From a bacterium (GTDB lineage Bacteria > UBA8248), in the NCBI GenBank assembly GCA_963692865.2, contig OY843592.1, positions 2,784,001 through 2,848,000 on the forward strand: a stretch of DNA of 64,000 nucleotides. Direction: 5' to 3'. Under the pieces are notes generated by a model that saw only the letters and a program-made list of their open reading frames with translations, did not search any database and was not told the DNA's origin. Positions 36,109-46,732 of this stretch are shown here, one piece after another (positions within the stretch are counted from its first letter, which is position 1; each line of letters begins with the position of its first letter). A program made the translations under genes and the position numbers.

Positions 36109-39100
36109 TCACCGCCGCGCACGCTTCTCGGTTTGTTTCGTAATTCGCCTGATGGCGATTCGGGCTTTTCGCTTCATTGCGGGATCGTCCACGACCTTTC
36201 TCATCTTCCGGAAAATTCGGAGGGCGAGCGCGCGTTTGCCCGCTTTTTCATACAGTTCACCGGCGCGTCCCAATGCCCGCGCGACCCATATTTTCTGATC
36301 CGGGTATCGATAGGTCAACTTCAAGAACTCAGCCGCTGCGCCCGGACCTCTGCGCTCGGAGTACATCCGCGCGTGCGCGTAGAACGCCTCCGCCGCCAGC
36401 TCCGGCGCTCCAAACCCGACCACGACGCCCAGCGCGCGCTGCGCATCCGCATATTTTCTTCGCTTCCTGTACAATTCGGCCGCCAGGAGCGCGGATTGAC
36501 TTCGCAAGTCTGCGCCTGCGAGTTCATTGTTCACGACCATCACAAGGTGAGAGAGCGCCGCATCATTCTCGGCCAGCCGAACCAGACAGCGCCCCAAGGT
36601 GTACCGAGCCAGCATTTCATAGTCATGGGCCGGGTACGTCTCCAAAAACTCCGTAAGCCTCTGCTTCGCCTCCGCGCACCGCCCGATGCCGGCCAGCGTT
36701 TCCCCGACGCCGAAAAGCCCGTCGGCGCGGAAACCGCCCGCCGGATACCGGGTCAACAAGGTCTCATATGAATCGAGGGCTTTGTCGATATCTTTTTTGC
36801 GTCGATGGATGCCCGCCACCCTTAAGAGGGCATGAGCGGCCAACTCGTTGCCCGGGTATCGCGTGATGACGTCCTTGTACGCCCTCAGGGCTTCTGCCGT
36901 GTCCCTCTGCGTGAGCAGAACCTCGCCGATCTGAAAAGCCAGGGAAATGCTCAGGTTGCTCTCCGGGTAACGGTCCATATACTCACGCGCGCCCGACAAG
37001 AATTTCCCATACTCCCCGAGTTGGAGGTGACTCAGCAAACGGCCATAGACGGCTTCCGAGAATTTCATGTGAGAGGGATACCGATTCATCATGAGACGGT
37101 ACAAGCGGTTCGCTTCTCTGTAGCGCCCCTCGTTGTACGACGAGTCGGCGAGGCTCAAATATCCATCGCCCGCCAGGGGGGAATCCCTGTATGATTCGAG
37201 AAAATGGAGGAGTTTCTCCCGCGCCAGGGAGTAATCGCCCTTTCTGAAAGGCATGAGCGCGAGAATATACCTCACCCCGGCCACCTTCTCGCTCTTGGGG
37301 TAGCGCTTCAAATAGGCATGAAAGTTCTTCTCCGCCGCATCGAAGCGACTGCGCCGGAACAGCAGCCTCGCCTTCTGGTACAATGCTTCTTTGGCGACGT
37401 CGCTTCCCCTGTACTTCTCCTCTACCCTTTCGAAAGACCGCAAGGCGCCGTCGTAATTTCTGAGGTTGAAGCGGGCTTCACCCGCGCGGGCGAGGGCTTC
37501 CGCCGCCAAGGCGCCGCCCGGTCTGGACTCGAAAACGCGATCGAAGGCGAGCGCCGCTTCTTTCCAGTTCTTCCTCCGGTATTGAATCCACGCAAGCCCT
37601 CCCAGGGCGCGGTAAAACTCGGGCGCATTCTCGGGAACCGCCCGGAAGGCGCGAGCGGCCTCATCGAGATCCCCCAATTCGAAGGCCGCCTCTCCATACC
37701 ACAATATCGCCAGACCATCCGGGGAAATCGTGGACCCCTTATCCGGCAAGAAAGCCCAATGCTTGAGTACGTTCAAAGCGCCCTTGAAATCCCTGAGCCG
37801 AAATGCGGCGAAAGCCGTACCCATCGCCGCGGAGCGGGCGGCGTCCTGCTCCGCCAGCCGGTGAACGGAAACCGGCGGGTAGTCGGCGCCCAAACGCAGG
37901 ATCCCGTAGGCGCGCTTCACTTTGCCCAGATGGTAGAGAGAGAGGCCTTCCACGATCCTGGCCGTGCGATAGATTCTGCCGAGCGGAAACTCGTCGCTCA
38001 CCTTTCCCGCCAGGGTTGATGCTTCTCCATACACCCCGATTCGGAACAATTTCCAGGCCAATTGCAGGCGCAAGGCGCCGGCCAGCATTTTTCGGCGATT
38101 GGCGCGGGAGAATCCCAAAAGGCGGGTTTTTAACGTTTTCAACCCTTTCCGGGATTTTCGGATCGACTCGATTTCAGCGGAGAGCAAACCCGCCTGTACG
38201 AAAGCCCCGAGGAGATGTTTCGGATGATTGCGCATGAACAGGGAAAATGCGCGCTTTGCATCCTCGACCCGGCCCAGGAACAATCGCGTCCATCCGGCGC
38301 CGTAAAGCGCTTCTCCCCGAAGCGCCTCATCGGGCTCGCCTCTTCCGGAACCGAGCGACTCGGCCGCCGCATAGCGCTCTTCCGCCCGGGCATAATCTCT
38401 TCTTTGCAGATAGGAATGTCCAAGCGCCACGAGAGCCTGAAGCGCCAGCCGTCCCTTTAGGCTCGCAAGCAACGTCCACGTCTTGAGCGCTTCATCGACG
38501 GAACCCGCCTTGGCTTGCGCCCGGCCTTTCAGGAAAATCGCCTCCTCATAGGCAAATCCGCCTTTCTCCCACGACCCTCCCTCCAGGAGACCGAGGCATC
38601 CCTCATAATCACGCGCCTCGCAACGCTCTTGCGCCAGGGCGTACCTTGCGGCCGCCACGTAGCGAAGACCGCCGGTCAACAGCAATTTCAACAAATTCTC
38701 TCTTCTTTCCCTGGCTTCCTGGACCCTTCTCAAAGTCAGAAGCGTCTCTCCCGCCCAGAAAAGAGAAGCCGCGCGCCAGTAATGAACCTTTGTTTTTTTC
38801 GCCAATGCCTCAAAAAGAGCGAGCGCCTCCACGGGCGAGCCTTTTTGCAAATACGCAAGCGCCGTGTTGAATTGTTCGCTCTCATCGACAAAGTCGTCCG
38901 ACGAACTTCCGAAGAATTGCGTCAGGTCAAGGTCCGGTTTCTTCTCGGGCGGCATCGGGCGAGAGGGCAGACGAACGGGCGGTATCTGAGGCTCCACAAA
39001 AACGGCGGGAAGACGAACACCCAATCGACCGGGAGGAACGGGACGCACGCGCGCGGCGATGAGATGCTCGATGCTGGGCGACTCCACCACGACTTCGGGC

Positions 39101-39243
39101 AAGGAAACCGATAACTGCTTTCCGCCGGCGGCGCCTTCACTCTGCGCCCGCGCGGTATGCGCCGCCCCCAGACAGACACAGCACACGACCGCCAGGCCGG
39201 GCAGGAGACTGCGCCGCAAATGACAAAACGGGAATCGCATCAT
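36109..39243 (-). CDS. Large exported TPR protein (1044 aa)
   Basis: Signal peptide (..AHTARA/Q), many TPRs with YP-S/G turns; LPEVVVES near the mature N-terminus. Confidence 0.88.
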   Translation of the reverse strand: MMRFPFCHLRRSLLPGLAVVCCVCLGAAHTARAQSEGAAGGKQLSVSLPEVVVESPSIEHLIAARVRPVPPGRLGVRLPAVFVEPQIPPVRLPSRPMPPEKKPDLDLTQFFGSSSDDFVDESEQFNTALAYLQKGSPVEALALFEALAKKTKVHYWRAASLFWAGETLLTLRRVQEARERRENLLKLLLTGGLRYVAAARYALAQERCEARDYEGCLGLLEGGSWEKGGFAYEEAIFLKGRAQAKAGSVDEALKTWTLLASLKGRLALQALVALGHSYLQRRDYARAEERYAAAESLGSGRGEPDEALRGEALYGAGWTRLFLGRVEDAKRAFSLFMRNHPKHLLGAFVQAGLLSAEIESIRKSRKGLKTLKTRLLGFSRANRRKMLAGALRLQLAWKLFRIGVYGEASTLAGKVSDEFPLGRIYRTARIVEGLSLYHLGKVKRAYGILRLGADYPPVSVHRLAEQDAARSAAMGTAFAAFRLRDFKGALNVLKHWAFLPDKGSTISPDGLAILWYGEAAFELGDLDEAARAFRAVPENAPEFYRALGGLAWIQYRRKNWKEAALAFDRVFESRPGGALAAEALARAGEARFNLRNYDGALRSFERVEEKYRGSDVAKEALYQKARLLFRRSRFDAAEKNFHAYLKRYPKSEKVAGVRYILALMPFRKGDYSLAREKLLHFLESYRDSPLAGDGYLSLADSSYNEGRYREANRLYRLMMNRYPSHMKFSEAVYGRLLSHLQLGEYGKFLSGAREYMDRYPESNLSISLAFQIGEVLLTQRDTAEALRAYKDVITRYPGNELAAHALLRVAGIHRRKKDIDKALDSYETLLTRYPAGGFRADGLFGVGETLAGIGRCAEAKQRLTEFLETYPAHDYEMLARYTLGRCLVRLAENDAALSHLVMVVNNELAGADLRSQSALLAAELYRKRRKYADAQRALGVVVGFGAPELAAEAFYAHARMYSERRGPGAAAEFLKLTYRYPDQKIWVARALGRAGELYEKAGKRALALRIFRKMRKVVDDPAMKRKARIAIRRITKQTEKRARR

Positions 39244-39250
39244 GCTTCCC

Positions 39251-41914
39251 TCACCTGAGCAGCGGCTTTTGGTTTTTCATTTTCCACTCACGCTCCTTGA
39301 CCGAAGCCAAATAGGACTCAAGCCGGCGAACCCTCAGTCTCGCTTTCTTGATTTCCTCTCCCATCCGCACCGAAGCATGTCCGTTTTCGAGCGCCGCGAT
39401 GCTCCGGTAATGGCGGATGGCCTCGTTCCACTCTCTACGTGATTCACGTATGGCCGCGGCGCGCCAGGCCGCCGAGCGCACCCACTCCTGATGACCTTCG
39501 CCCGAGCGCGTCAACGACTCGAACAGGTCGAGCGCCTTGCCCCTTTCGCCCTCTTCCTCGAAGCGAACGGCGATTTGAAAGCGCGCGGGACCGGAAATGC
39601 TCGGGTCGTTCGATTTTGCGGCGATTCGAAAAGCCGCAGACGCCGCTTCGGGTCTTTTCCTCCGAAGTTCAATCGCCCCAAGACGCAAGGCCACCATACC
39701 CGCTTTGTCGTTTTGGGGAAATCTGGCGAGAAAATCCGTGTAGGCTTGAGCGGCCTTGTCGCTATCCCCCATGTTCTCGAAGGCTTCCCCCAGCCGCAGA
39801 GCCGCCCCGGCGTCATGAGGGGCAAGGGCCATGATTCGGCGCAGCGACCCGGCGAATTCCTTCAAACTCTTCTCTTTCAGAAAACAAGACGCCCGATGCC
39901 GGTGCAATGCCAGTTTCTCCGGCTTCGGCATCTCATATTGCAGCGCCCGTGCGGACGCCTTCACGGCGCGAGCGCAGTCTTTTCGCTCGAACAACACGAG
40001 CGCCCACAGCCGGAGCCCCTCGCCGGGCTCGGGCGGGGCGAGCGCGTCCCAGGAGGTGAAGGCCGCATCCGCGCCCTTCCAGTCCCGCGCGCCGACGGCG
40101 TTGCGCGCCAGGAAATACCAGATCGAGCGCCTCCTCGAGGCGCTCACCGCCGCATCGCCCGCAAGCGGAAGGAGAAACGTCCGCGCATTTTGCAAATCGC
40201 CCCGCGCGCGGTACAGGCTGCCGATTTTGAGGCGCGCCTCGCGCTTGAGTTCCTCGGGAAGATGCGGCAGCACGGCCCGGAAACGCCTCAAGGCCTCTTT
40301 TTCGTCGCCGCGCTTCTCCGCCAACTCGCCCAGACGATACCGCGCCCGGACGGCCAGTCCGGGGCGTCTTGAGCCTGAGGCGACTCGACGATAATGCGCG
40401 CCCGCCGCATCGAATCTTGCGGCCTTCCACGCGCACTCGGCCCTCAGGAAGGCCACCTCCGGGCGCAGGGACCGGGGGACATGCACTTCGGGAACCGCCT
40501 CCACCAGGGCGACGGACCGGGCGCAATCCTTTTGCGCGTTGTGGATGAACGCCGCCCGCAGAACGCCCCGGTATACGGAGCGGACCATCTTGGGATCCGG
40601 CTTTTTCTCCGATCGCTTGAGTCCGTTGAACGACGCCAATATCTGCCGGTAGCGCCGGAGAAGTTCCCGCGTATCCGGATTCGGCTCTTTTTCGAGCGCG
40701 TCGGCGAGGCGCAGGCCGGACATGACAGCCTCGCGCGTATCCGGGCCGCGCCGGATGAGTTCGCCGTATTGGCTCAGCGCCTCTTTCTTCAAGCCCGCGC
40801 CGAGCAGGCAGTCCGCCATCCGGAACCGGGACGCGGAAGGGATCGGCGCGCCCTTGCCGAGGGCGTCGAGCGCAGAGACGAGATATTTCCTGCCCCCTTC
40901 CGCGCAAAGCCCCGCTTTTTCCACGCTTTGCAGGAAAAACAGGAGATAGGCGCCGTCCTTGGGCGGGTTGCGAATCAACCTCTGATAGGCCGGTGCGGCC
41001 TTTGCGTATTCACCGGCGCGCCACCAAGAGGACGCCAGGCCACGCTCCGCCGCCGCGCGCTGCGGTTCCGAAAGTTTCATGCCCAGAACGGCTTCGAACG
41101 CCGCTCCCGCCTTCTTGTATTTCTTTTGCGCGAAAAAGCTCGCAGCCTGGCCAAGCCTCAAATCCGCCCGGTTCTTCTCCCCGGAATTCCCCTGAAACAA
41201 GGAGTCGAACGTCTTCTCCGCCGAACCGAACTTCTTGAGTTCGAGTTGTATCTTCGCCAGCCGCAGCCTGAAGGCATGCGCCCTCGGATTGCGCGGGAAA
41301 CGGCGCACGACCAGGCTGTACGCCTGCTCGGCCTCCCCGATCAGCGGAATGCGGTCCAGGGCGATGGCCCGCTCGAACAGGGCGTCTTCCACGCGGGGGT
41401 CCCTGGGCGCGGCCTCGATGAATTCATCGAGCGCAGCGACCGCGCCGCGCCACTCGCGGGCCGCCAGCCTGAGCGCGGCGACCCGGTAGAGCGCCTCTAT
41501 CCGGTAGCGCCCCGACTTTACGGACCCGTAGGCGCGTATCGCCTCTTTCCTGTCCCCGAGCCTCTCTGCGAGCACGCCTGCCCGAAACCGAACCTCGCCG
41601 GCTCTTGCGTGGCGGGGATGGTTTTTCACGAACGCCCGATAGGCCTCGACCGCCTCTTTGAGCCGCTCGTCGCGGCGCAGCGCCTCTGCGAGGAGATAGC
41701 GCACTATCCAGGCCTCTTTTCCATTCCCCGCAGCTTTGAGATAGGCCCTGAAGGCGTCAATCGCAGGCTCATAGAACCCGTCGCGGTAGGTGTTGAGGCC
41801 GAATTCGAGGTGGGACTGCGGCGTTTCCCTGAACTGCGCGCGAACTGCGGATATCGGCGCGAGCGCGGCCCCCGCGAGAACCAGCGCCGCGATGGTGAGG
41901 AAGCTACGCCTCAT
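39251..41914 (-). CDS. Large exported TPR protein (887 aa)
   Basis: Signal peptide (..AVRA/Q), tandem TPRs; overlaps the panC stop. Confidence 0.88.
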   Translation of the reverse strand: MRRSFLTIAALVLAGAALAPISAVRAQFRETPQSHLEFGLNTYRDGFYEPAIDAFRAYLKAAGNGKEAWIVRYLLAEALRRDERLKEAVEAYRAFVKNHPRHARAGEVRFRAGVLAERLGDRKEAIRAYGSVKSGRYRIEALYRVAALRLAAREWRGAVAALDEFIEAAPRDPRVEDALFERAIALDRIPLIGEAEQAYSLVVRRFPRNPRAHAFRLRLAKIQLELKKFGSAEKTFDSLFQGNSGEKNRADLRLGQAASFFAQKKYKKAGAAFEAVLGMKLSEPQRAAAERGLASSWWRAGEYAKAAPAYQRLIRNPPKDGAYLLFFLQSVEKAGLCAEGGRKYLVSALDALGKGAPIPSASRFRMADCLLGAGLKKEALSQYGELIRRGPDTREAVMSGLRLADALEKEPNPDTRELLRRYRQILASFNGLKRSEKKPDPKMVRSVYRGVLRAAFIHNAQKDCARSVALVEAVPEVHVPRSLRPEVAFLRAECAWKAARFDAAGAHYRRVASGSRRPGLAVRARYRLGELAEKRGDEKEALRRFRAVLPHLPEELKREARLKIGSLYRARGDLQNARTFLLPLAGDAAVSASRRRSIWYFLARNAVGARDWKGADAAFTSWDALAPPEPGEGLRLWALVLFERKDCARAVKASARALQYEMPKPEKLALHRHRASCFLKEKSLKEFAGSLRRIMALAPHDAGAALRLGEAFENMGDSDKAAQAYTDFLARFPQNDKAGMVALRLGAIELRRKRPEAASAAFRIAAKSNDPSISGPARFQIAVRFEEEGERGKALDLFESLTRSGEGHQEWVRSAAWRAAAIRESRREWNEAIRHYRSIAALENGHASVRMGEEIKKARLRVRRLESYLASVKEREWKMKNQKPLLR

Positions 41915-42758
41915 CGTCAGGCTCCAGCAAGATATTGTCGATAAGTCTGGTTTCGCCGATATAGGCCGCCACGGCCATCCGGGCGGCGCCGCTTATTTCC
42001 TCCACCCTTTCGAGCGTCGCCGGGTCCACGATTTCCACGTAATCGACCCGGGAACCGGCATTTTCGAGTTCATCCACGCAAGCCCGGATGACGGCGGCGG
42101 AAATCCGCTCCCCGGACGCCACCTTCTTCTTCGCGTCGAACAAGGCGGCGCTGATGGCGCGCGCGCGCGTGCGCTCCCCGTCCGTTAAATAGGCGTTCCG
42201 GCTGCTGAGCGCCACCCCGTCGTCCTCACGGACTATCGGGCAGGGCGCAATCTCGACGCCCAGATCCAGGTCGCGCGCCATCCGGCGGATCAGGACGAGC
42301 TGCTGGTAGTCCTTCTCTCCGAAATAGGCCCGGTGCGGGAGACACGCGGAGAACAGCTTGAGCACGACCGTGGCGACGCCCCGGAAATGCCCCACTCGAT
42401 GCGCTCCGCAAAGAGGCGCGCCCAGGCCGGGCACGTCCACCCAGGTGTCGTATCCGCCGGGGTACATCGAACTCGCCCTGGGCGCATAGACGATGGCCAC
42501 GCCCATCTCCCGGCAGGCCTCCAAATCCGCCTCGAAAGTTCTCGGATAAGTGTCGTAATCCTCGCCCGCCGCGAACTGGGCCGGGTTCACGAAGATGCTT
42601 ACGACCACGGCGCCGCACTCCGCCGCCGCGCGGGCGATGAGGCTTTTGTGGCCCGCATGAAGCGCGCCCATGGTGGGAACCAGGCCGAGCGGCGCGTCGT
42701 CGCGCCTGAGCGTTTCGGCCAGATCGCGCATATTTCGAGGCGTATCGACGACTTTCAT
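41904..42758 (-). CDS. panC: Pantoate-beta-alanine ligase
   Basis: VPTMGALHAGH, SIFVNPAQF, YPR, GHFRGV, FGEKDYQQ, LSSRN, RLIDN. Confidence 0.96.
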   Translation of the reverse strand: MKVVDTPRNMRDLAETLRRDDAPLGLVPTMGALHAGHKSLIARAAAECGAVVVSIFVNPAQFAAGEDYDTYPRTFEADLEACREMGVAIVYAPRASSMYPGGYDTWVDVPGLGAPLCGAHRVGHFRGVATVVLKLFSACLPHRAYFGEKDYQQLVLIRRMARDLDLGVEIAPCPIVREDDGVALSSRNAYLTDGERTRARAISAALFDAKKKVASGERISAAVIRACVDELENAGSRVDYVEIVDPATLERVEEISGAARMAVAAYIGETRLIDNILLEPDDEA

Positions 42759-42852
42759 CGGAAATCACCGGGGAAACGGGCGGCGTGCGCCTGAGCGGGC
42801 GGCGGTGGGGTATCTTCTCAAAATTTCAATGGGAAAAACAAGGCTAAAAAAG

Positions 42853-43521
42853 AGGGTTGTTGAATATCCCTCTGACGACAGGGAACGGCTTTCTCAATCG
42901 GCATGCGCCTATGAGATGACTCCCCCCTTGAGGGTCGTTTCCGACCGGGTAGCGAAAAACCACTCCTCCCTTGGGGATAAGGCTCAATCAACGAGAGAGG
43001 AAATTCACTCCCCCCTTGAGGGGGAGTCGAAGAGCTGAGGGCGTAAACCCGAAAGCGATTCGGTGGGGGGTAGAATTCGGAATGGCGATAAAACGCATTT
43101 TACCCCCCACCGCATCAGCCTTCGCAAAAACCGCTCGGCTTCATCGTTGGGCTTTCCCCTCGGGAAGCCCAACCCTCAAGGGGGGAGTGGTTCTTCTCTC
43201 TCGTCTGTTGATTCCAAACGCCGAACCACAAAACCGGGACTTTTTCAACAGCCCCGACAAGGGGGGGGTAGGGGGGTTGGTTTTCAGGGCTGAGGAATGA
43301 CGGCGCGTGGCCAGCTCCATCGGCGGATGAAAATGGATTCCGGCTTTCGCCGGAATGACGACGGTGATCGGTTCCGACCGATGAGGAAGGTCGAACCCGA
43401 TTGGTGAATGAGGGTTCGACCAAGCGGGGCCGGCTTTTTCAACAGCCCCCTCAAGAGGGGAGTGAACTTCAAAAGCGTGCGCGCAACCGAAAGCACTTCA
43501 CGGGCTTTTTCAACAACCCCA
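42853..43521. repeat. Composite MITE/REP cluster between folK and panC
   Basis: CTCCCCCCTTGAGGGGGAG palindrome family (about 42920, 43008, 43172), three TTTTTCAACA(A/G)CCCC ends, CGTC-REP at 43335. Confidence 0.82.
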
Positions 43522-43555
43522 AGCAAAGGGTTGTCTCGGCGAGGCGGCGCAGGCT

Positions 43556-44065
43556 TCAGGGGGATTCCGGTTCCAGCTTCTCGACCCAGAAATCCCCGGC
43601 GGGAAGCTCGGCCAGCAGTTCGGAGACGGATTTCCGGATGACGGGATGCACGAAGCCGGGCGCGATTTCGGCCAGGGGCGCGAGGACGAAGCGCCTCTCG
43701 TGAAGTCTCGGATGCGGCGCTTCCAGTCCCTTCTCATCGATGACGGCGTCGCCGTAGAAGAGCAGATCCAGGTCGATCACCCGGGGGCCCCACCGCTCCT
43801 TTCTCACGCGCCCCATCTTTTCTTCAATATCCAGGAGAAGCGCGAGCAGGTCGTGCGGGCCGATTCCGGGTTCGATCTCGAAAACGGCGTTGATGAAGGG
43901 AGGCTGCTCGACGGGACCGACCGGCTGCGTGCGGTACAGGGACGAGGCGCCGAGAAATTTTATCCCCGGGCTTCGGCGCAATTCCTCCCGGGCCTGCCTG
44001 ATCCGGCGGACCGGCTCGCCGAGGTTCGCGCCCGCGCCGATGAAAGCACGCGCCTTATCGTTCAA
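43556..44065 (-). CDS. folK: 2-amino-4-hydroxy-6-hydroxymethyldihydropteridine diphosphokinase
   Basis: [46 protein letters not shown]; TTG start overlaps the dapL stop. Confidence 0.94.
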   Translation of the reverse strand: MNDKARAFIGAGANLGEPVRRIRQAREELRRSPGIKFLGASSLYRTQPVGPVEQPPFINAVFEIEPGIGPHDLLALLLDIEEKMGRVRKERWGPRVIDLDLLFYGDAVIDEKGLEAPHPRLHERRFVLAPLAEIAPGFVHPVIRKSVSELLAELPAGDFWVEKLEPESP

Positions 44066-45237
44066 AAGCCCGCCTTCTCGATTCTCTCCAACGCTTCGGT
44101 GAGCCTGGCTTCCGGAACCGTCAGGGCGAAGCGGATATATCCCTCGCCTGAGGGACCGAAGCCGTTGCCCGGAGTAGTGACGACGCCGCAGTTTCTGAGA
44201 ACGTGCGCGGTGAACTCGGCCGACGTGAAGCCCTCGGGACACCGCACCCAGACGTAGAACGTGGCTTTGGGCGTATTCGCCTCTAAGCCAAGTTTTTTGA
44301 GGCCCTCCATCACGACGTCGCGCCTGCCCTGGTAGATCTTCCGCATTTCGGCCACGCAGGCCTGGTCCGCGCTCATCGCCTTGATGCCCGCTTCCTGCAC
44401 CGCGCCGAACACGCCTGAATCCACGTTCGTCTTGATGGCGCCGAGACCGGCGAGGACTTCCGCGTTACCCACCGCGCTGGCGATACGCCAGCCCGTCATG
44501 TTGTAGGTCTTGGAGCACGAGTGGAACTCGACGCCCACGTCCTTCGCGCCCTCCGCGTTCAGGAAGCTGATGGGCTCGTAGCCGTCAAAGGCCATCTCGG
44601 AGTAGGCGTTGTCGCTGCACACGATGATGTCGTGTGAGCGGGCGAACTCGACGAGCTCGTTGTAAAAATCCACTTCCGCGCAGGCGGCGGTGGGATTGTT
44701 CGGGTAGTTGATGAACATGAGCTTCGCGTTTTTCGCCACGTCGGAGGGAATCGCGCCCAGATCGGGCAGAAAATCGTTTTCCGCGGTCAGGGGCATGAAG
44801 TGCACCTTGCCGTCCGCGAAATAGGTGCCTATCTCGTAGACGGGATAGGCCGGGTCCGGCACGAGCACGTGGTCGCCCGGGTCCACGAACGCGAGCGGGA
44901 TGTGGGCGATGCCCTCTTTCGAGCCGATGAGCGAGATGACCTCGGAAGCCGGGTCGAGCGAAACCCCGAAACGCGAGCCGTACCAGTCGGCCACGGCCTT
45001 GCGGTAGGACGGCATGCCCTCGTAGGAGGGATACTGGTGGTTCGTGATCTTGCGCGAGGCCGCGTCGAGCTCTTCGATGATGTGATCGGGCGTCGGCAGG
45101 TCCGGGTCGCCGATGCCGAGGCTGATGATGTCCATTCCGGAGTCTGCGACTTCCGCCTTCATCCGGTCGATTTCCGCGAAGAGATAGGGAGGCAGGCGCT
45201 TCAGCCGGTGCGCGCGTTCGATGTTTATTGACGCCAT
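44062..45237 (-). CDS. dapL: LL-diaminopimelate aminotransferase
   Basis: [51 protein letters not shown]; lysine pathway neighbourhood. Confidence 0.88.
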   Translation of the reverse strand: MASINIERAHRLKRLPPYLFAEIDRMKAEVADSGMDIISLGIGDPDLPTPDHIIEELDAASRKITNHQYPSYEGMPSYRKAVADWYGSRFGVSLDPASEVISLIGSKEGIAHIPLAFVDPGDHVLVPDPAYPVYEIGTYFADGKVHFMPLTAENDFLPDLGAIPSDVAKNAKLMFINYPNNPTAACAEVDFYNELVEFARSHDIIVCSDNAYSEMAFDGYEPISFLNAEGAKDVGVEFHSCSKTYNMTGWRIASAVGNAEVLAGLGAIKTNVDSGVFGAVQEAGIKAMSADQACVAEMRKIYQGRRDVVMEGLKKLGLEANTPKATFYVWVRCPEGFTSAEFTAHVLRNCGVVTTPGNGFGPSGEGYIRFALTVPEARLTEALERIEKAGF

Positions 45238-45292
45238 GAAATTCCTCAAGGGTGATGTGGGACAGATATTTTCTTGTTCGTTACTTATGATA

Positions 45293-45305
45293 TATCAATC
45301 AGTTG
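45293..45305 (+). promoter_or_regulatory. IHF-like binding site in the divergent dapL/ferredoxin gap
   Basis: TATCAATCAGTTG matches WATCAANNNNTTR. Confidence 0.45.
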
Positions 45306-45585
45306 CAAGGTTATACTCACACAGTTTCTTGCAAGCTGTTCAGCTTTCCAGATTCTATGAGCCGGAAACCTAGCACGGCTTGAAAATGACGGCAAGGTTT
45401 GGGGGTGGACGAAAGATATTCGTATCTCCCCCCCATTTCTGATCCCCAACCCCAAAAACCCACACCCCATCCCCCGCGCGGATTGTGTTTCCCCGAAAAA
45501 AAGTGCTAACATCCCCGCGTTCAAGTTCGCGCCTTGGAAGCGCGCAGCCCATTCGCCCGGAACCTAGCCTGAGGAGCGCATTCCG

Positions 45586-46554
45586 ATGACCCACGTCATC
45601 GCGGAACCATGCATCGACACCAAGGACACCGCGTGCGTAGACGTATGCCCGGTCGACTGCATCCACGAGGCGGCGGACGGCTCCAGCCCGATGCTCTATA
45701 TCGACCCGGTCGAGTGCATCGACTGCGCGGCCTGCGTGCCGGCCTGTCCGGTGGACGCCATTTTCGAGGAAAGCGACCTGCCCTCCCAGTGGTCGAAATA
45801 CACCCAGATAAACGCGGATTTCTTCGCGGGAGGCGGCGCGGCGGCGCCTGCGGCAGCGGCTACAGGCGGCGGAGCGGCGGCGGCCGCGCCTGCCAAGAAG
45901 GCGGCGCCCGAACCGGAACCCTTGCCCGAGCCTCTGGAGCTCACGCTGGAGGAGATGTACAAGGACCTCTCCGAGATGAGAGAGGACGTGGCCACCAACC
46001 GGGGCAGGGAAGACGAAGGGAGTCCGGCGAAGCGCTCCCCCACCCTCATATTCCTGGCCGCGGCGATCATACTCCTCATGGTCTACGGCATCTCGAACAA
46101 TTTTTCGAAATCCGTGAACACGAGCATCTACGGGAAGCTGAGCGCCTTCGCGCTGGGGGACAGGAAACCCACGCTCTCGGGGGGCGTCTACTCGGTCAAC
46201 CAGACGATCGGCGGCAAGAAATACACGATCGAGGTGTCCGATTCGATATTCGGCGGCAGGACGCTGCGCCTCCAGGCGCCGGCCGGGGCGTTCCAGCGGA
46301 TTTACCACAAGGACGAGAAATTCTTCTCGAACGTCGCGAACCAGTACAGCCGCTACTACTATATGTACGTGGACGAGAAGAGCGACGGCACGGTCGATTC
46401 CATCCTCCAGGTGCGCGAACTCTGGAGCAGGGAGAACCGCTTCCTGGGCCGCTACCACAACCCGGTGACGCCGAACGAGGAACTCCAGAAATCCTACCAG
46501 GAGGCGGCGAAAACGCTCGCCAAACAGATCGGGGTCGCAGAATCCGGCGCGTAG
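45586..46554 (+). CDS. Ferredoxin (FdxA-type) fused via an Ala/Pro linker and TM helix to an unknown domain
   Basis: CIDTKDTACVDVCPVDCI and CIDCAACVPACP; AAAPAAAA linker; IFLAAAIILLMVYGI; GAGGAG RBS. Confidence 0.85.
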   Translation: MTHVIAEPCIDTKDTACVDVCPVDCIHEAADGSSPMLYIDPVECIDCAACVPACPVDAIFEESDLPSQWSKYTQINADFFAGGGAAAPAAAATGGGAAAAAPAKKAAPEPEPLPEPLELTLEEMYKDLSEMREDVATNRGREDEGSPAKRSPTLIFLAAAIILLMVYGISNNFSKSVNTSIYGKLSAFALGDRKPTLSGGVYSVNQTIGGKKYTIEVSDSIFGGRTLRLQAPAGAFQRIYHKDEKFFSNVANQYSRYYYMYVDEKSDGTVDSILQVRELWSRENRFLGRYHNPVTPNEELQKSYQEAAKTLAKQIGVAESGA

Positions 46555-46580
46555 GAGGGGCGCAGGCCTTACGGGCGCTG

Positions 46581-46663
46581 TATGTCGGACATATATGTCC
46601 GACATAAATGCGACCCTGTTTTTTCGCCTTCCAGCCATGGGCCGCATGATATGCGGCCCCTAC
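46581..46663. repeat. GTAG-family REP pair
   Basis: TATGTCGGACATATATGTCCGACATA and GGGCCGCATGATATGCGGCCCCTAC. Confidence 0.8.
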
Positions 46664-46732
46664 AGGCCCAATCCGACAAAGGCGGGATAGAAGCCTTCCT
46701 CAGTTTAGTCGCCCGGCGCGCAGGGCGGGCGG

